A stretch of DNA of 64,000 nt from the IMG/VR virus record IMGVR_UViG_3300028416_000501, positions 1 through 64,000 of that record; one strand, given 5' to 3'. Of this stretch, positions 56,115-64,000 are shown in pieces. Below the pieces are notes generated by a model. It searched no databases. It saw nothing but the letters and a program-made list of their open reading frames with translations, and had not been told where the DNA came from. Source of the stretch: a virus. The number at the start of each line of letters is the position of its first letter. Position 1 is the stretch's first letter. Both the position numbers and the translations under genes were made by a program.

Positions 56115-57475
56115 TTTAGCCTTCCAATATTAGTCATATCGTAGTAGCTTCCATTCATGTTGCCATTTAGATAAACTTTATCTGAGATACTTTGTACCTT
56201 TGTTATGTATTTAATACCGTTAACTGTAGTACTAAGTCCTTTACTAAAATAGTTTGATTCATAGTTCCAAATGTTAGTACACTGTAGTAAAACTGTTTTA
56301 TTATGTGGTAACATGTTTACAATGGAATCATAATCTTCTACAATATTAACTACTTCAAACTGATGTTCTAAATTTTGTATCTTGCGCCAAAGTGTTAACC
56401 ATTGCTCTTTGCTATCAAAACTGTCTAAAAACTTTTCCCATGTTCCATATCCATTTATAAATTGTCCATTAAAGTTTAACCTATGTTTATTTGTTTCAAA
56501 GAAGGTAGGAAAGTCTATTCCATCCCATTCGCTTACTAGTATCTCTAACCATTGCACTGCATGTGGATTGTAATCAGTCCATATAACCATTTCCATGTTA
56601 TCAATACTATTTTCTATATACTTAAATTGATGAAGTCCACTACATGGACATACGGCTACTTGCAAATCTGATACATCAGTATGCGGTACAGTTTCCGTGT
56701 TTGTTACATATAGATTAGTAAATTCTTGTATTTTAAATTCTAACAATGCTCTCTTATCTGGATAATTTTCTCTTATATCGTATACAACTTCAGGATCGGT
56801 ATATTTTTTAAATAATTCATTTTCAGTAAATTCAATATCATCTTCGGGATACGAACATTCTTTGTTGCTTCTTATATTATAATCTAAATTAAAAATTGTT
56901 AAGCCTTGATCGATGGATGTTCTTAGGAACTGATCAAATATAGATCTCTCTGGTTGAACATTTATAAGACTGCCATCTAACAATGGCTTTATCCACTTGG
57001 GTGTATAATCATCGTGCATATGTTCTGTACTAGTAGTATACTCATACAACTTAATTTTAGATAAAAACTTGTATGTGTCTAAATTAACTATGACGCACTG
57101 TGTATGAAAATGTGGATCACTTCTGCTAGGGCGATCTATTATATGTCCTGCACAGCCCCATTTTTCTTTATTCCATTCAGTTACTGATTTTAAAATTTCA
57201 TTATCAATTTCTGGGTCACTTGGCCAACTGCCTTCTGCCCATATTACTGCTACTTTGAAGTTTAACTGTTTTAAATCATTAAGTAAAAAGTCTAGATTAT
57301 CATTACTGCAATCTATAACAAAAGAACCATCAGTGTTTAAGTCTACATTAATATTTGTTATTGATTTTAACACTGATACATAATCATCTGAAGCATTTTC
57401 AAGTTCGCTCACAATTGAACGTTCCATAGTTATATGGCATATCTCTTTACCTCTAATTGTAAGTTTTGGTAACAT
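56105..57475 (-). CDS. Unknown two-domain enzyme (paralog A)
   Basis: YVTNTE, CSGL, IWTDYN, EWDGIDFPTF, CTNIWNY shared with the next gene. Confidence 0.6.
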   Translation of the reverse strand: MLPKLTIRGKEICHITMERSIVSELENASDDYVSVLKSITNINVDLNTDGSFVIDCSNDNLDFLLNDLKQLNFKVAVIWAEGSWPSDPEIDNEILKSVTEWNKEKWGCAGHIIDRPSRSDPHFHTQCVIVNLDTYKFLSKIKLYEYTTSTEHMHDDYTPKWIKPLLDGSLINVQPERSIFDQFLRTSIDQGLTIFNLDYNIRSNKECSYPEDDIEFTENELFKKYTDPEVVYDIRENYPDKRALLEFKIQEFTNLYVTNTETVPHTDVSDLQVAVCPCSGLHQFKYIENSIDNMEMVIWTDYNPHAVQWLEILVSEWDGIDFPTFFETNKHRLNFNGQFINGYGTWEKFLDSFDSKEQWLTLWRKIQNLEHQFEVVNIVEDYDSIVNMLPHNKTVLLQCTNIWNYESNYFSKGLSTTVNGIKYITKVQSISDKVYLNGNMNGSYYDMTNIGRLKWI

Positions 57476-58761
57476 TAAATTCCTTGACCTATACTATCAT
57501 TTGTGCTGTATCCTAGTACCCATTTAACATCGCAAGTTAAATCATTATCATTCGGGTCTGTTCCTGAAAACCAGCACTTATCTATTTGTTGTAGTCTTAC
57601 CATTAATTCAGCAAAACTGCGTTCTAGTGTAAACGGTTCAACTATTACTTTGAGTAGCACATAACTGTATATGTTGCTTGCCCAAAAGAATGTACTTGAA
57701 TTGTTGTCTAGTTTGTCTGTAATTTCTTTATGATTGTTTACAAGGTCTACTTCTAAGAACTCGTGTTTACATAACTTTACTTGCATCCAAAAGTCTAGCC
57801 AATTGTCCATTCCACCGAACTGTTCTACTATATTTAACCAATCTTTATCTACCTGTTTTAGCAGTAACGAATTAGCGTCTGGATTGTCTTCGCACCATTG
57901 TTTAACAAACGCTGGATAGTCAAATCCGTCCCATTCTTCCACCATTAGACGCTTAAATTTAACGCTGTAAGCGTCAAAATCATACCATACGAACTTTGTA
58001 CTGTCTATATCAATACCGTACGTATATGCGTAGTATAGAAGCTTAAAACCAGCCGTTACACCCACATATTGCTCAAATACAGTGTGTTTTATAGCATCTG
58101 CTACTGTTGGACTACTAGGCTCTGTATTAACAAAATACACCGGGCTACTGGGTATATTCTTGCGTTTAATAATAACTCTAGCACCTCTGGCAATTGTGTG
58201 ATCTGTATACTTCTTATTCATTAACCCATTTAAAAAGTTAACTGGGTCTGTTTTTGGAGCACCTACTACAATGTTTCTTTCTATAGTTTTGCTTAATTCT
58301 ACTGTTGACTCACCTAGCCAATTTTCTGCCCAGAAATCGTAATCTCCAAAGTTTGGTGCTTTTGCAGGCCAGGCAATAAATTCGTCTATGTTTAGTAACA
58401 TTAAACTATCTACATATTTTGGGTGTACTGCTGTAATCCAATCTTTCTTTTCTAAACGATTTATATAAGTCAATATCTTCTTTTCAATTCCATCTGTTTT
58501 AGGCCAGCATCCATCAAACCAGAATGCAACATACTTGTGTCCCATCTTTCTAACATGTTCAATCCATTCGATGCTACTAGTATTATACAGGTTAACTATA
58601 CTAGATGTCAAGTGATTATCGCACTCTACTTGTTGCAATAACAGTAGCTTTTGTTTGAGTGTTTGATGTGATGCTAAATGTGTGTTTTTTGGTATAAACA
58701 CATTTACTATTTCACAGTCGCTTACAAACTGATAATCCCAATCTTTTTGCCCTTTAATCAT
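57475..58761 (-). CDS. Unknown two-domain enzyme (paralog B)
   Basis: YFVNTE, TAGF, VWYDFD, EWDGFDYPAF, ASNIYSY. Confidence 0.6.
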   Translation of the reverse strand: MIKGQKDWDYQFVSDCEIVNVFIPKNTHLASHQTLKQKLLLLQQVECDNHLTSSIVNLYNTSSIEWIEHVRKMGHKYVAFWFDGCWPKTDGIEKKILTYINRLEKKDWITAVHPKYVDSLMLLNIDEFIAWPAKAPNFGDYDFWAENWLGESTVELSKTIERNIVVGAPKTDPVNFLNGLMNKKYTDHTIARGARVIIKRKNIPSSPVYFVNTEPSSPTVADAIKHTVFEQYVGVTAGFKLLYYAYTYGIDIDSTKFVWYDFDAYSVKFKRLMVEEWDGFDYPAFVKQWCEDNPDANSLLLKQVDKDWLNIVEQFGGMDNWLDFWMQVKLCKHEFLEVDLVNNHKEITDKLDNNSSTFFWASNIYSYVLLKVIVEPFTLERSFAELMVRLQQIDKCWFSGTDPNDNDLTCDVKWVLGYSTNDSIGQGI

Positions 58762-58897
58762 CGGATAACCTTTGTATTAATTCTGATAGTTTATCTCTTA
58801 GTCTATCTAATGCCTTAGGGCTTAGTTTTTCAGCTTCACAAATGTATATTGTTTCTTTCATTTTTTCTATTTGATAAATTAAGTCATTTTGTTTCAT
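58754..58897 (-). CDS. 47-aa coiled-coil hypothetical protein
   Basis: Read by hand; overlaps both neighbours. Confidence 0.5.
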   Translation of the reverse strand: MKQNDLIYQIEKMKETIYICEAEKLSPKALDRLRDKLSELIQRLSDD

Positions 58898-59073
58898 TGT
58901 AATTTTTTCCAGTGATGTGTATCATCTTCAGTAGGTAATTGACCAATATATTCTTCGCCAGTTTCCATGTCAACTAGTTTCCATTTGCCTGGGCACTTAG
59001 TCTTTACTTTTAATGTTATTGCTACATCATAAGCAGGCACTTCTGCGCCACTAATTCTTAACTTTCTATTCAT
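58894..59073 (-). CDS. 59-aa protein (TKCPGKWKLVDMETG)
   Basis: Read by hand; GAAGGT SD; ATGA overlap. Confidence 0.6.
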   Translation of the reverse strand: MNRKLRISGAEVPAYDVAITLKVKTKCPGKWKLVDMETGEEYIGQLPTEDDTHHWKKLQ

Positions 59074-59086
59074 TTACCTTCTTCTT

Positions 59087-59845
59087 TCATTTGTATTTGT
59101 ATTCATCAGCAATGGCGATAATAGTATCCCATGATAATTCAACTATGCTTTTAATCATAGGGTGTGCTATTTGATTAAGATGATTATATTGATCAATTAT
59201 AGGATCAAATAATAATTTATGATTTACTGTTACATGGTAGTCAAAAAATTGTAGTGATGTATAATTCTTTTGTAGTAGTTCGCCAGCATTAACCCATATT
59301 AAGTTATTATGTGTTTTCATATACTCTTGTTCCATGAGTGTTTTGACCCTTATACGATGACACATTCTTTCGAGACTAATTTTTGTGTTATAATCAACAT
59401 CTTCCGCAGCTTCGTCACTAAATTCCATCATTAAGAAATGAAACCTATTAGTAGGCTGATTTTTCATATCAAGATATGTACTATAAAAATTACCACTAAC
59501 ATCACAAATTACATTACTAATAACATCCGCTATGCAATTAACATAAAATCCAGAGCTTTTATAATCAATTACCATACTATTATCAGTACTGTATCTAATA
59601 TGCTCATTGTAGTATTTCAGTTCTTTGGTATTGTCAAAATGCTTATATGTGTCTCCGTGATGTGTGTAATAGTCATCACTGTGTCGTACATATAATCCAA
59701 AAATGCCTGGATAAAATTCCCAAAGATCCTTGCCATGATTCTCTGCTCTAAGTACTGTGAGTAATCTATTTGTAAGTTCATTCAAACTATGTCCTGGGCC
59801 AACTACAATATCTCTATCAGCTAGATTTTTGTTCCAAATAGTCAT
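59087..59845 (-). CDS. Hypothetical protein, weak sulfotransferase-like loop
   Basis: IVVGPGHSLNELTNRL. Confidence 0.5.
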   Translation of the reverse strand: MTIWNKNLADRDIVVGPGHSLNELTNRLLTVLRAENHGKDLWEFYPGIFGLYVRHSDDYYTHHGDTYKHFDNTKELKYYNEHIRYSTDNSMVIDYKSSGFYVNCIADVISNVICDVSGNFYSTYLDMKNQPTNRFHFLMMEFSDEAAEDVDYNTKISLERMCHRIRVKTLMEQEYMKTHNNLIWVNAGELLQKNYTSLQFFDYHVTVNHKLLFDPIIDQYNHLNQIAHPMIKSIVELSWDTIIAIADEYKYK

Positions 59846-61080
59846 TTATTTTCTGCCTTCATTAATCTGTTGTGTACTGATTCCATATTTTCAATTTCCA
59901 GTCCTAGATGCTCTCTAACTAAAGATTTTAGAGAAATTGACATTGGGTATCTCATTTCTATATCTCTGTTATATTTTCTCATTTTTGCATAGTCTCGAAT
60001 ATTTGGTTGATTGCTTTCTATATAATTAATAAATCTCTGCATCTCAGGGTGCCTATCTAACGCACCTTTTAACTTATTAATAATTGCTTCTCTGTATTCT
60101 TCGGGCCAAACACTAGGTGTTAAGTATCTGGGTGTTTGTAGTACGTTTGCAGTAATAAATCTTAAATCTACTTCACTGTCTTTCCAAAAGTCATAAAACT
60201 CGGGCATATGAAATACGTTATGTGATTGTACTGTAATGCCTGCTGCAACATCAATAGTAGGATAACTATTTAATGCTAACATGTTTGCGTATACATTGTC
60301 CCAATCTCCATCCCTACGTATAAAATTATATACATCACCTACGCCGTCCATACTTATTTTAATATTAACACTTTTAAATTCATTCCAAATTTTAATTAAA
60401 TCATATTGTTTAAATTTTATATAACTTAGATTACTAGCATACCGTAGTTTTATTTTACTTTTTAGATGCAGTGGAATTGACTCTAACAAGTCATAATGTT
60501 CTTTATTAATAATTGGTTCACCACCAGTGAACTGTAATGTATGCACTGACTCCCATAATTCCGGCCATTCGTTTAAACTATTAAATAACGTTGTTGGCCT
60601 TAGTAGCTTAGTTTCGTGTCCATCTTTTTGATATTTTGTTATAATATCTAAATCTTTTACACGTTTATAACTACTGTGAGTACTACACATTATACATTTT
60701 AGATTACAAAAGTTACTGACTTTAAGTTCAATCCATTTAGGACTATTACTAACACTATAGTCATCATTAACTTCAATGACTTCTGAAAATTCATTCCAGT
60801 TGTCCTTTTCCCATTGTTGACGGTTGCTTACAATGCCACTATCTTCGTTATGCCAACACACTTCACAGCGTTCTGGTCTTTCGTCCTCTGCCAAAGCACG
60901 TCTTAGCTCTTTATAGTTTTCGTTGTTCCAGCTTTCAAGAGCAGTCTCACCTGGATTATTCAATGGGGTTTCTTGCGCCTCACAACAAGGCACCATGTCT
61001 CCACCGGCACTTCCGTAAATGTGCATAAATGGTAACATACAAAATGTTTTACTCTTTTTTAGTTTATCTTTATCTATCAT
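59842..61080 (-). CDS. Radical SAM protein with N-terminal twitch-type domain
   Basis: CMLPF...CC...CEVCW, CNLKCIMC, TGGEP. Confidence 0.9.
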   Translation of the reverse strand: MIDKDKLKKSKTFCMLPFMHIYGSAGGDMVPCCEAQETPLNNPGETALESWNNENYKELRRALAEDERPERCEVCWHNEDSGIVSNRQQWEKDNWNEFSEVIEVNDDYSVSNSPKWIELKVSNFCNLKCIMCSTHSSYKRVKDLDIITKYQKDGHETKLLRPTTLFNSLNEWPELWESVHTLQFTGGEPIINKEHYDLLESIPLHLKSKIKLRYASNLSYIKFKQYDLIKIWNEFKSVNIKISMDGVGDVYNFIRRDGDWDNVYANMLALNSYPTIDVAAGITVQSHNVFHMPEFYDFWKDSEVDLRFITANVLQTPRYLTPSVWPEEYREAIINKLKGALDRHPEMQRFINYIESNQPNIRDYAKMRKYNRDIEMRYPMSISLKSLVREHLGLEIENMESVHNRLMKAENK

Positions 61081-62206
61081 TGTATTTTAGTATATTCTCA
61101 AACTTAGGTGCAAGATTTATATCTTGTCCTCTATGTGTTAAAATTCTATTTAACTCTTTTATATACTGCTCACTATTATCTTGTTGATTATCTGTAGTTG
61201 CACACATATTTTTTAATAACTTATAGCTAGGTGTAAACTTACCAGCATTCTTATTAAATCCCATGTACTGTTGATCTATTGTTAATTCTAATGTACGCTT
61301 AAACCAATTTGGCCAATGCTCTACACTCATATAATGAGGCTCATATACTGTTTGTAGCATTACTCCAATGCCTTTATGCACTCTTGCCCAATGTATAAAC
61401 TCATGTAGCTGTGGAGCGTTAATAACGCTTACAGTGGTGGCTGTAGCTATTTTTAAGCGTCCTGTAGCGTCTTTTACTTCTATCCACTTGTCAAGTGTAG
61501 CCTCTATTGTTTCCCACTTACTAGGGTAACGTAGAAGGTCGTTTGTAGTGCCCACACCATCAATACTAGGACTTAGTTGTATACGCTTAAACTTTAATAA
61601 TGCATCAAGTTCTAATTTCTTTGGAAACCATGTACAGTTTGTAAATATCTCTAAGTCGATCTGTCCTGCTATTCCACTGTCCGCTAATCTAACGACTAGG
61701 TTTAAAAACTGCCTATGTAAGAACGGCTCGCCACCTGTTACTTTAATAAACTTAACATGCTTTAATTTGTCTAAATCTAAATTATCTAAATCATATTCTT
61801 GTACTTCTTTTAATTTTTTAATCTTCTCTGGAGAACTAATGCCTAATGCAAGTTCATCTTTGTCCCACGTATGACTAAACTCTGCTCCACAACTTAAACA
61901 TGCTAAGTTGCAAAGTCTACCTACTGTTATTTCTAAATACTCTAAACGTACTGTATCTGTAAAGTCATCAAAGAATTCATCAGCTTCAGTTCTCATACTG
62001 CTACCTTTCATTTCTTCGTCAGACTTACATTTATAACATCCAGGGTGCCATTCATTACGCATCATAGTTTTGCGTATCTCGTTAAAGCTATTATCTTCTG
62101 GTAAAAATCTTGTATGAAATCTACAACATGGTGTTGCAGGTTGTCCGTGCATAAGCATTTCTGCTTTGAACGGGTAAGCACATGCGTTAGCAGGTAACTT
62201 ATTCAT
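61070..62206 (-). CDS. Radical SAM protein with N-terminal twitch-type domain
   Basis: CAYPF...PCC...CYKC, CNLACLSC, TGGEP. Confidence 0.9.
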   Translation of the reverse strand: MNKLPANACAYPFKAEMLMHGQPATPCCRFHTRFLPEDNSFNEIRKTMMRNEWHPGCYKCKSDEEMKGSSMRTEADEFFDDFTDTVRLEYLEITVGRLCNLACLSCGAEFSHTWDKDELALGISSPEKIKKLKEVQEYDLDNLDLDKLKHVKFIKVTGGEPFLHRQFLNLVVRLADSGIAGQIDLEIFTNCTWFPKKLELDALLKFKRIQLSPSIDGVGTTNDLLRYPSKWETIEATLDKWIEVKDATGRLKIATATTVSVINAPQLHEFIHWARVHKGIGVMLQTVYEPHYMSVEHWPNWFKRTLELTIDQQYMGFNKNAGKFTPSYKLLKNMCATTDNQQDNSEQYIKELNRILTHRGQDINLAPKFENILKYNDR

Positions 62207-63104
62207 AAAAATTTCCTTTGTTTTTGTAACGCTTTAGTGCTTTTGCAATATTAATTCTGTTGTATATTCCATCTCTATGAAACTCATCATACTGTGGACC
62301 TTTAGGTGCTAATGCAATATGTATGGTGTTTGTCATTTCAAATCCATAATGATCGCATACTGCTACATGCGAGTCCATATACTTTTTAGGAATAGTATCT
62401 GGTCCAAACTTTTCCATAAGCCTATTAGCAATTGCAGTGTTGAGATGGTTTCCATGATTCCAATCTGTTTGTACTTCTAAACTACCTTCGTTGATGCGTG
62501 AGAATGTAATACCTGCACGCCAGTTACCACAACTTAATCCTTTAGTAGTACTAAATGCTACCATCTTAATACAAGGTTCATCTAAGTTTATATCTATGTC
62601 AAAGCAAGTACCAAACCATGCACAATCAACTAACACTGGAATGTCTAATTGATTACATATTTTAATCATATCGTCAAACCGCTCTGGAACTCTACCAGTG
62701 CCACTAAATGGTACACTTACTAATACTGCATCACCTTGTGTTAAGCCCTTGTCATCAATACTGTCACTCCATTCTAAATTTGTGTGTATCAATGCATCTC
62801 TGTTATATGGATACTCACCTCTAAATGTTTTGAGGTTGAGGTTGTTCACTGAACAATAGTAGTGCCACCAATCTAGTGTCTGTGTAGTGCCTACACTTGC
62901 AAACCTATAAGGAAATGCATCAAGTCCAGTAAAGTTGTTTAGTTTACTGCTTTCAATCCAGCCTTGATATCTATCTAACATAATGTTAGACTCGTCTGCC
63001 AGTGTTGATATATCTATGTTAGGAAAGAATGTTTCATTGAGGTGATCCATGTATGGTTGGTTCCATACACTGTTTCCTGTCTTTCCAAAATCTGGGTTAC
63101 TCAT
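62199..63104 (-). CDS. PLP-dependent fold-type-I enzyme (aminotransferase/decarboxylase-like)
   Basis: VLVDCAW (DxA), FSTTKG Schiff-base Lys, WRAG. Confidence 0.75.
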   Translation of the reverse strand: MSNPDFGKTGNSVWNQPYMDHLNETFFPNIDISTLADESNIMLDRYQGWIESSKLNNFTGLDAFPYRFASVGTTQTLDWWHYYCSVNNLNLKTFRGEYPYNRDALIHTNLEWSDSIDDKGLTQGDAVLVSVPFSGTGRVPERFDDMIKICNQLDIPVLVDCAWFGTCFDIDINLDEPCIKMVAFSTTKGLSCGNWRAGITFSRINEGSLEVQTDWNHGNHLNTAIANRLMEKFGPDTIPKKYMDSHVAVCDHYGFEMTNTIHIALAPKGPQYDEFHRDGIYNRINIAKALKRYKNKGNFYE

Positions 63105-63999
63105 TGTATAATTTTAACTCCTTTATTAGTGCAAAGGTATCTGTGCCACGTAATCTGTCTAAGTCTTTTGTATACTTAACAAACCACTTCCATTGCTTTT
63201 CTTGTTCTGCTTCATCTACTTCAACTTGCAATCCATCTCTGATAGCATGAATACCTGTTTGATAATGTATCTCGTCTGCATGATAGCTTCCCTTAGGCCA
63301 AATACTTTGATCTGGTATCTGTAGTAATTTATCATACATAATGTACTTTAACACCTCCGGCATGTATGCAATATTGAGGTATGTAGGATTTACTACTACG
63401 TTGCTCATGCTTATACTTGCTCTGTGCATATGTTTCTCTTTAAACCAATTCCACACTTTGTCTAAGCCAAATACATTTGTTAGCATAACTGTTACTGCAA
63501 ACACAACTTCAATGTTAGGATATGTGTAAAACTTTTCTATGTTTTCTTCTAACTGTTCAAATGTATACGAACCGCCTCGTACTACACTGTATAATTCATC
63601 TACTGCTTCAATACTAATAAGCAATTCAATATGTTTAAAGTGTTTAAATATCTCTTGGAAGTCATCATCAAACACTGTAGCATTTGTACTAATATCTAGC
63701 ATAATGTTTGATGCTAGTCCTTGGTCAATAAACCATTGTAATATTGCTTTACAACTTTCGTCATATAAGGGCTCTCCGCCTCTTAGTGCTACCCACTGTA
63801 GGTTGCGAAAGTATTCTGGATCAGCAAACAAGTTATCAAGGAATGACATGTCTTCAACTCCATGATATCCTATTTGTGCATTTTTCCAATAGTCCGGTTT
63901 TTCTTTGTTTAGTTTCTTTCCATCCTTCGTCCAACCGGTACTAACAAATGGATTACAATGAATACATGCTAGGTTACACTTGTTGCTGATTGTAAAGTC
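63097..63999 (-). CDS. Radical SAM protein, 5'-truncated by the window edge
   Basis: Frame of ORF 63097-63849 stays open to 63999 and reads DFTISNKCNLACIHCNP; RGGEP. Confidence 0.88.
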   Translation of the reverse strand, partial: DFTISNKCNLACIHCNPFVSTGWTKDGKKLNKEKPDYWKNAQIGYHGVEDMSFLDNLFADPEYFRNLQWVALRGGEPLYDESCKAILQWFIDQGLASNIMLDISTNATVFDDDFQEIFKHFKHIELLISIEAVDELYSVVRGGSYTFEQLEENIEKFYTYPNIEVVFAVTVMLTNVFGLDKVWNWFKEKHMHRASISMSNVVVNPTYLNIAYMPEVLKYIMYDKLLQIPDQSIWPKGSYHADEIHYQTGIHAIRDGLQVEVDEAEQEKQWKWFVKYTKDLDRLRGTDTFALIKELKLYNE

Positions 64000-64000
64000 C

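Noticed and set aside
58754-59090. Small ORFs in the array as RiPP precursor peptides
   Set aside because: They look like ordinary small folded or coiled-coil proteins with one Cys each and no leader/core or repeated-core pattern; not excluded, but unsupported
1-64000. tRNA, rRNA or tmRNA genes
   Set aside because: No cloverleaf or T-loop GTTCRA pattern noticed in the few intergenic gaps; a tRNAscan/Infernal run would be needed to be certain
1-64000. Stop-codon reassignment as seen in some large phages
   Set aside because: Standard code gives full-length PolB, PepA, Prs and rSAM genes with dense tiling; TAG and TGA both act as stops at coupled junctions
1-64000. Bacterial chromosome origin suggested by pepA, prs, apt, clpP, groES
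   Set aside because: These genes lack their normal operon partners and are mixed with T4-like PolB, clamp loader, late promoters and many small phage-type ORFs

Overview
AT-rich, gene-dense segment of a large T4-like (jumbo) dsDNA phage. It is probably marine with an alphaproteobacterial host; this is inferred from the character of Prs, PepA and FdxA and was not checked by search. Evidence for a phage: family-B DNA polymerase, clamp loader, T4 DsbA-like protein, T4-type late promoter motif (G/T)ATAAATA, tightly overlapping genes, and no rRNA or ribosomal protein genes. Four blocks are visible. (1) About 1-17 kb: a cluster of likely capsid-packaged internal proteins. A dozen share an N-terminal M-[KR]-[ILA]-x-[ED]-[ILVF]...E leader resembling the T4 capsid-targeting sequence. 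Several look like polyproteins of unrelated modules joined at prohead-protease-type (I/L/V/M)-x-E sites, with RNase-like, Pol-beta nucleotidyltransferase, lytic transglycosylase, PD-(D/E)XK nuclease, and Cys-rich and basic peptide cargo. (2) About 17-25 kb: DNA methyltransferase, PolB and small early genes behind repeated hairpin+sigma70 promoter cassettes carrying a CAAGA-N2-TCTTG palindrome. (3) About 28-43 kb: host-like auxiliary genes (PepA, SufT/DUF59, ferredoxin, Nfu, IscA, APRT, MazG, a DnaE fragment, GroES, ClpP, Prs, clamp loader, a MotA/TolQ-like trio). (4) 43.5-64 kb, minus strand: an array of 12 radical SAM genes (15 in the whole window, 11 with a visible N-terminal twitch-type Fe-S domain) interleaved with SDR, PLP-dependent, 2OG-Fe(II) oxygenase, SGNH-like and unknown tailoring enzymes. 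The best candidates for an undescribed system are the radical-SAM array with its apparent Fe-S/adenine-salvage support genes, and the leader-tagged modular virion cargo proteins. All protein family calls come from motif recognition by eye, not from database searches.
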